Virus record (IMG/VR): IMGVR_UViG_3300033149_004458
Coordinates: 16,113-80,112 of that record
Length of the DNA: 64,000 nt
Reading direction: 5' to 3' (one strand)
Origin: a virus
The notes below the pieces were generated by a model. The model searched no databases. It was not told the origin of the DNA and saw only the letters and a list, made by a program, of their open reading frames with translations. The translations under genes were made by a program, and so were the position numbers. Positions 58,749 to 64,000 of the stretch are shown here, one piece after another (within the stretch, counting starts at the first letter, position 1; each line of letters opens with the position of its first letter).

Positions 58749-59824
58749 TATTCATTCTCCCAATGTAAAGTACCAAGATGAGTTGTCAACGGTGGGTGTC
58801 CTTGTACTAATGGGGCACCGTCAAACCCTGTTGGTCCAAACTCACGCGGCAGCTCCTCTGGCTCTGGGGGTATGATTTCTGGCCTTACACCATACCAAGC
58901 CACTGGGTGCCCTATATGACCCAATTGAGGACTACGGACTGGCGGCGGGAAGTCGGACAAACCCCAGAGCTCCTCCAGAACATAAGTCAGGTTATTGTCC
59001 AACATGAGGAACTCTACTACATCTTCTAGAGCTATTTGGGTGGTCCCTAGAGGGTTATAATCTAAGATGGTTCTCTTTGCAAAAGAGTTTCGCACTATCT
59101 CTTTACAAAGAGAAACCCAAGCCCACACAAAGGTGGGTCTCTGGGTGAAATTAAATAGTCTAAACTCTATTGAGCCGTATACCATAAAGCTCAGGGGGTT
59201 AAGCCAAACGTACCTGGCTTCATGGTACTTCCCTCCACCCCAGCGGTCGTATCTACCAACCGCTTGACGGTACTCTTTCCAGGACTGAACGTTGAGAATC
59301 TGGTTCAGTCCAAATACCGGTCTAGTGACTGTATCAGTGGGAGTACACGGGGGACCCGGTATGGTCAGAGGCCGACAATACCCATAGTCGTTTCTCAGCG
59401 AACCACGGTGTATACCGGCCTCTCCGCAGGCCAACCGATACATAGCAGCTTCCAGGTGAGCCGCTATTAGAAATAAATACTTGAGAGCAAACAGGGGGAA
59501 CCCTGTAACATTTACATGGACATGAATCGAGGTTCTGGCGTCCACCCCCTCACCATGTTGGCGGAGCCAGGTTATTATTCTCTTTACATTGGACAACCAC
59601 CTATCATTGGTGGTATCAAGCATAGGAGAAACGAACTCCCCACCGAACATCCTATAACCACCAGAGGAGAGCTCCAGCCCAGAATTGAGGGCGTAACGGT
59701 AATTTCTGGTAGAACCATCTTCTACCAATCGCCACCGTATACTTCGAGCCAAATCTCTAGCGTTCGCCTTAGGTATATTGGCGAACTCTATTTCTAACCC
59801 TATACTCTCTATTATAGATGCCAT
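58748..59824 (-). CDS. Putative amidoligase (COOH-NH2 ligase, glutamine synthetase-like fold)
   Basis: IGLEIEF, WRLVEDGS, EFVSP, SIHVHV, RY..LN and GSIEFRLFN. Start reassigned downstream of the minus-strand promoter (59824 or 59866). Confidence 0.88.
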   Translation of the reverse strand: MASIIESIGLEIEFANIPKANARDLARSIRWRLVEDGSTRNYRYALNSGLELSSGGYRMFGGEFVSPMLDTTNDRWLSNVKRIITWLRQHGEGVDARTSIHVHVNVTGFPLFALKYLFLIAAHLEAAMYRLACGEAGIHRGSLRNDYGYCRPLTIPGPPCTPTDTVTRPVFGLNQILNVQSWKEYRQAVGRYDRWGGGKYHEARYVWLNPLSFMVYGSIEFRLFNFTQRPTFVWAWVSLCKEIVRNSFAKRTILDYNPLGTTQIALEDVVEFLMLDNNLTYVLEELWGLSDFPPPVRSPQLGHIGHPVAWYGVRPEIIPPEPEELPREFGPTGFDGAPLVQGHPPLTTHLGTLHWENE

Positions 59825-59902
59825 AGTCGCCCTTTCTGGTGCTACAATTTCTATTGTGGAAGGCATACTTATAGTCTCTATTCTAACGATAAAAGCAAAA
59901 AA

Positions 59903-59931
59903 ATTATAACAGCTGGTTAAAAAAAAGACAA
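59903..59931 (-). promoter_or_regulatory. Promoter of the amide-ligase operon
   Basis: TTGTCT-17-TATAAT with extended -10 TG; TTAACC in the spacer. Confidence 0.65.
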
Positions 59932-59970
59932 GCCAAATTAACCAAAATCTTTTTTTCTGGTTAATCTTCC

Positions 59971-59999
59971 TTGACAAAAAATTAACCAACCGCTAAAAT
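59971..59999 (+). promoter_or_regulatory. Sigma70-type promoter
   Basis: TTGACA-17-TAAAAT; TTAACC in the spacer. Confidence 0.7.
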
Positions 60000-60038
60000 A
60001 AAAGAAATTGCCATTCCTATACTATAGTGGAGGGAGAA

Positions 60039-60401
60039 ATGCCTAGAAAAAGTAGAGAGCGTGGGGAGGACACAAGGTATACTTCCCACTATATTTGTAC
60101 CGTCTTTGACGAAACAGATGGTACATTCTATATAGTGGGGGGTCAGGGTCAAGCGGAAGTGTTGGTAGATATGCTGAAGGAAGAGGGGCATAGTCTCTAC
60201 AAGTGGCGGTGGGAAGATGATAGTACCCGCCACTATAAGATAGTAGAGAAGAATGGTAGAACCAGGTACGGGGTTCAGCCAGACGAGGATGTCTGGTGGG
60301 ACCAACTGGTGGTTCTACCGGGAGAGGCAGATTTTAGGTTGACCATTCTTAACCTCTGGGGACGGCAGAGGTCAGATGGTGTGATAGAGGTGCTCAAATG
60401 A
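60039..60401 (+). CDS. Hypothetical early protein
   Basis: MPRKSRE start after a GGAGGGAG RBS, downstream of a promoter. Confidence 0.55.
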   Translation: MPRKSRERGEDTRYTSHYICTVFDETDGTFYIVGGQGQAEVLVDMLKEEGHSLYKWRWEDDSTRHYKIVEKNGRTRYGVQPDEDVWWDQLVVLPGEADFRLTILNLWGRQRSDGVIEVLK

Positions 60402-60652
60402 CCACAAAATTTGAAACTCTCAAGCAGAGAGCCAACCAGGTACTTTTAAGACTAGAGCGGGTATCTGGTAGCGGAGTGGTGCATACCAAAAATACATATA
60501 TAGCAAAAATTCACCACCTGGTGAAACATATTGAAAAGAAAGGTGAACATATACATATAGACGCCAGTGGTTATAGCGATCACACCCTCCGCGGATTAGA
60601 GCGGCTTGTCAATGAAGCCGAACGTTGGTGTAGAGAGAAGGGATTCTGGTAG
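60398..60652 (+). CDS. Hypothetical early protein
   Basis: 84 aa, GAGGTG RBS, ATGA overlap. Confidence 0.6.
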   Translation: MTTKFETLKQRANQVLLRLERVSGSGVVHTKNTYIAKIHHLVKHIEKKGEHIHIDASGYSDHTLRGLERLVNEAERWCREKGFW

Positions 60653-60812
60653 AAACAGTCGCCGGTTATATGGGTCCATACTTGATAGTCCGGTTAGATT
60701 TTAGGTAAAAATGATCGCCGGTTATAATTGAACCAGACTATCAAGAACTAGCAGAGGTGAGATTTGATTATAGGGTTAACTTCTGCCAAGGGCGGTTATT
60801 CTGAGACCTTTA

Positions 60813-60838
60813 TATACGCGCGTGCGCACGCGCGTATA
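60813..60838. repeat. Perfect 26-bp alternating purine-pyrimidine palindrome
   Basis: TATACGCGCGTGCGCACGCGCGTATA. Confidence 0.9.
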
Positions 60839-60850
60839 GGTGAACTGCTC

Positions 60851-60879
60851 TTGACAAAGAGTTAACCATGTGCTAGAAT
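60851..60879 (+). promoter_or_regulatory. Early promoter, copy 1
   Basis: TTGACA-17-TAGAAT; flanks are homologous to the 63367 promoter. Confidence 0.8.
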
Positions 60880-61025
60880 TGGGATGTAGGGCAGGCCATC
60901 CGGTTAACCTGCTCTGCCCGGTGAAGGCAAATCTGGTGAAAAGGGAGGTGGTGAGTTCTTGTCGCCTTGCCCGAACCGAGAGATGTTGGAACCGGAACAT
61001 CAAAATAATTACGGAGGTAGATAAA

Positions 61026-61331
61026 ATGCCAGCTAGGACAACCGCTAAGAGGACAACCGCCAGTAGTCGTACACCGAGATCGGTCACAGAGATCCTTGGT
61101 GAGCACACCGACCTGAGTTTGCTTCGGATTAACATCGTCGGCGTGACCAGTGATGGTCAGGAAGTTCAGCTTGGTACTATCACAGCACCACCTAAGAAGA
61201 GCTCACGCGGGTCAGTCATGTTCTATGGTTTTGGAAAATTGGCTGATCCAACCCCCACGGCTCTTGATACCGGCAACCGGGGGCTACAGGTTGGTGCATC
61301 ACTGACTTACATTAAGAGCAACGGCTGGTAA
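61026..61331 (+). CDS. Small basic protein, possibly nucleic-acid binding
   Basis: GGAGG RBS; Arg/Thr-rich N-terminal tail; has its own promoter and terminator. Confidence 0.6.
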   Translation: MPARTTAKRTTASSRTPRSVTEILGEHTDLSLLRINIVGVTSDGQEVQLGTITAPPKKSSRGSVMFYGFGKLADPTPTALDTGNRGLQVGASLTYIKSNGW

Positions 61332-61337
61332 AGATTG

Positions 61338-61375
61338 GGGGAGAGAGGTGAAAGCTTCTCTCCCCCCCTCTTTTA
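61338..61375 (+). terminator. Rho-independent terminator
   Basis: GGGGAGAGAG-gtgaaag-CTTCTCTCCCC imperfect stem followed by CCCTCTTTT. Confidence 0.6.
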
Positions 61376-61580
61376 TCTAAGGAAGGTGAAAAGTGAATTG
61401 GATACAGATTATCTATCTGGCGGTAGCAGTGTTGGGGTTGGCCGCTCTGCTACTACCGGATGACCAAACAGAGGGCGACCCCAGAGGGCAGACGAACCAG
61501 CTTGGTAGAAACGCCGCTGGAGTGGCACTGCTACTTGCTGGTGGAGTATTTGTGTTTCTATTTCTCTAGAAGGAGGTAAA

Positions 61581-61877
61581 ATGCCAGCATTGGTTGTGCA
61601 GCTTGTCAGAAATGCCGATGGTTACCGTGGTGACCTAAGTTGCGTTGGAATTCTCACCCCGTATACCGCTAAGTATGTCGGCGGTAACGGGGACCCAGAT
61701 ACCCATGAGGTTTGGGTTGGCAACAGCCTCGTCGGTCATCTCCGAGTCTGGTATGGCTCTGGAGGCCACGGTAAGCTGGCGGCCTCGGAGTTTATACCAT
61801 TTTCTGGTGTCAGGGTTGAGTGGGTGGACCGGAACACTTATTGGAAAATAAGAAGGGAGGTAAACAGTGCCTTATAG
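61581..61877 (+). CDS. Hypothetical early protein
   Basis: 98 aa with an AAGGAGG RBS. Confidence 0.6.
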   Translation: MPALVVQLVRNADGYRGDLSCVGILTPYTAKYVGGNGDPDTHEVWVGNSLVGHLRVWYGSGGHGKLAASEFIPFSGVRVEWVDRNTYWKIRREVNSAL

Positions 61878-62085
61878 GTGGGCAGGGGAAATCAGGGTTG
61901 GGGAGGCGCGGGAATTGCTTGTCCTGTTCGATGACTTGTTGCAGGATGGGACGCCAATTACCCAAGCCCGACTCAACCAAAAAGCCGCAAATGCACTTAT
62001 TGCGGTCACAAACACGCTACGTGGTATCTCCTCTATGGTGGTAACGTTCACGTTAAGTGTAGAGGAAGGGGGTGATGCAGAATAA
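61867..62085 (+). CDS. Hypothetical early protein
   Basis: 72 aa, GGGAGG RBS, GTG start. Confidence 0.55.
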   Translation: MPYRWAGEIRVGEARELLVLFDDLLQDGTPITQARLNQKAANALIAVTNTLRGISSMVVTFTLSVEEGGDAE

Positions 62086-62093
62086 ACCTGGGG

Positions 62094-62828
62094 GTGGATA
62101 TTGTTGGGGAGGGTAACGCTCGGCTCTCCCCAACAACCTTATTTCTAGGAATTATTATGGGTAGAAATATTAAGGGTAAAATCTTAGCACCGGTGGCTTT
62201 CCTGATAGGGGTATTTATGGGAAGGCCATTAAGTGCTACCTGGCTCTTTCATTACCTCTGGGGCAGCGGGAAAGATAGAAAACTACCCAGAAGGTATGAG
62301 CAAGAGCTACTAACGGCTTACCTTCGGTTTTATGTCAGAGTAGAAGGTAAGAGAAGAAGTATAGGTCCTATGACCACGGGGGACCTGTATACTACAGTAG
62401 GAGAGATAACCGTCTGGGAAGAGGACGGTAGACTGTTTTACCACGATAAATATGACTGGCACCCAGGTAAAAAGTGGGTTTTCGATGCTTACTTATTTGG
62501 GCTGCCATTTACCATTTGCGTTCGTGGCAAAGACGAAATGTTCAACCACGTCGGTAAAAGCTTTGCCACGAAAGGTAGTATAAAAATAATTCCAGAAAAC
62601 CAAAAAGAGATAAAACATATCGAGCCCCTGGTAGACCTGACTTCGGTATATAATGATATCAAATATCAGATCTATCATCTTTGGTGGGCTATAGAAGAGG
62701 CAGCAACAGGTAGAAGAGTCTCGTACACCGAAATCATTAATTACCTGCCCCCAGACCACCTCTTCTATAGGGCACTTACCTATTCAGGTAAAGCGAAAAG
62801 AAAGAGAAAGAGAGTAAGAAGAGGTTGA
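62094..62828 (+). CDS. Hypothetical protein (D.YDW motif, basic C-terminal tail)
   Basis: 244-aa ORF; probable start at MGRNIK. Confidence 0.55.
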   Translation: MDIVGEGNARLSPTTLFLGIIMGRNIKGKILAPVAFLIGVFMGRPLSATWLFHYLWGSGKDRKLPRRYEQELLTAYLRFYVRVEGKRRSIGPMTTGDLYTTVGEITVWEEDGRLFYHDKYDWHPGKKWVFDAYLFGLPFTICVRGKDEMFNHVGKSFATKGSIKIIPENQKEIKHIEPLVDLTSVYNDIKYQIYHLWWAIEEAATGRRVSYTEIINYLPPDHLFYRALTYSGKAKRKRKRVRRG

Positions 62829-63366
62829 GGGATTTGGTCAACTATTAAAACCCCCAATTTTACCATTTTCCCCGAATTACCCCCGTGAAAACCCCAATTA
62901 CTGAACGTTGTTTTACCCCCAAAATTGCCTACCAACTCAGGTAAGCGTTTTCTGCGGTTACTAAAGCACATAAGTAAACTTAACCTGGGCAATAAAAGCC
63001 TTCTGAGATTAGGTATCTAACCTAAATTTGGGTGGAAAATTATTCCGGTTACGCAAGCATTTACTCAGGTTTAACCAGCAACCAGTTTATATTGAAGTAG
63101 TTAGAAGCTGGTCTTGATATGGTATCTAACCTGAAGAGAACTATTGGTGAAGTTAGATTTTTGGTAAATTCTTTTGGCGGTTATATTTGTTTTGGTTGGT
63201 TAGCAACCGATTTTGGCTACTTGTCAGATGTAATGAGGTATCTAACCTTGGCAGGCAGTGGAAACAGAAACTTTCCAGATTTGGAAACATGATATTCGAG
63301 AAACTTTCCATGCGCACCATTTATATAGGGCCAGGGAGTCTGGCATCTAGTATAGGTTAACTGCAC

Positions 63367-63395
63367 TTGACTTGGAATTAACCTTATGATATACT
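63367..63395 (+). promoter_or_regulatory. Early promoter, copy 2
   Basis: TTGACT-17-TATACT with extended -10; followed by GGGGATGTAGGG as in copy 1. Confidence 0.75.
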
Positions 63396-63455
63396 GGGGA
63401 TGTAGGGGAGAATACCGGTGAAAGACAGAATTTGGTTATTATGATGGAGGTAAAC

Positions 63456-63665
63456 ATGAATGAGAGGTTATTGCGGGAGTGGGTGGGGGAGGTAGTAGAG
63501 GTTATCCAGGGAAGACTCTCCGTGAGGGGAGTTCTCCGTAAGGAAACCAGCGGATACGCTATTTACCGTAGTGGGTTCATCGGCGGGTTTGCTGCTTTCA
63601 CCGCTGATGAGGTAAGGAAGGTCAGTCTCATGGAGAGCTGGCCGGTAATCTTTTTGGAGGGGTAA
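63456..63665 (+). CDS. Hypothetical early protein
   Basis: MNERLLRE start after a GGAGG RBS. Confidence 0.55.
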   Translation: MNERLLREWVGEVVEVIQGRLSVRGVLRKETSGYAIYRSGFIGGFAAFTADEVRKVSLMESWPVIFLEG

Positions 63666-63666
63666 A

Positions 63667-63909
63667 ATGAAAAAGAGTTTCTGGGTTATTTTTGTTCCGT
63701 CGAACCCGCCTCAAGGGCAGGTGACCACCTCGGAGGCAACCGTCAGGCACATTAAGGCGGTTGCCGAAGACCACCGCCGGAGGGGCCACCCCTACCGGTG
63801 GCCATGGGCCGAGGCACGAGGACCCTACCAAAGCAAGGAAGAGGCGGAAGAGGTCCTTGACCAATTAATGAAGCCCTCTCGGTTTTGGTGGTGGGAGGAG
63901 GAAGAATGA
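63667..63909 (+). CDS. Hypothetical early protein
   Basis: 80 aa, GGAGGG RBS; GPYQSKEEAE motif. Confidence 0.55.
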   Translation: MKKSFWVIFVPSNPPQGQVTTSEATVRHIKAVAEDHRRRGHPYRWPWAEARGPYQSKEEAEEVLDQLMKPSRFWWWEEEE

Positions 63910-64000
63910 AATAATAGACTAGGTGAACACGAAGAGTTGGGGTAGAAAGGTTTTCTCGGTAAAGACGATAGCCAAATTATTAGAATGAGGGAGGTAAAAA

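Noticed and set aside
59867-59989. N-terminal hydrophobic extension of the amidoligase ORF (apparent signal peptide)
   Set aside because: It is translated AT-rich promoter DNA; the operon's own -35/-10 lies within it.
60813-60838. Calling this a linear plasmid-prophage telomere (telRL)
   Set aside because: No protelomerase or partition genes in the window and no extended flanking inverted arms; kept only as a palindrome finding.

Overview
A 64-kb slice of a large, apparently lytic, long-tailed dsDNA bacteriophage genome (Caudoviricetes, siphovirus-like); no integrase or lysis genes are recognisable in the window. Layout: (1) 1-26.5 kb, minus strand: virion operon. It runs small and large terminase, portal, protease/scaffold, decoration protein, major capsid, neck, tail tube, tail chaperones joined by a clear -1 frameshift, tape measure, two paralogous hub proteins and a partial tail gene. 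A six-gene cassette (3 glycosyltransferases, 2 methyltransferases, 1 sulfatase-like protein) sits between the neck genes. (2) 26.5-36 kb, minus strand: accessory genes, including a phosphoesterase, an RNA ligase, tRNA-Trp, a 72-nt RNA that looks like the isolated tRNA-like domain of tmRNA, and a DNA methyltransferase. (3) 36-50.8 kb, plus strand: replication and nucleotide metabolism (PolA, RecA, SSB, DnaB, resolvase, exonuclease, primase, deaminase, MT-A70, dUTPase plus a degenerate paralog, class II RNR). (4) 50.9-59.9 kb, minus strand: an amide-ligase operon (amidoligase, class II GATase, ATP-grasp, RuvB-like ATPase, phiEco32-type COOH-NH2 ligase, three tandem paralogs of an unrecognised family). 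(5) 60-64 kb, plus strand: small early-type genes with repeated promoters, motifs and palindromes. The strongest novelty candidates are the tag-less mini-tmRNA within an RNA-repair locus, the expanded amide-ligase operon, an RNR whose C-terminal cysteine module appears to be encoded separately, and the putative virion-glycosylation cassette. All product calls come from motif recognition by eye; no database searches were run.
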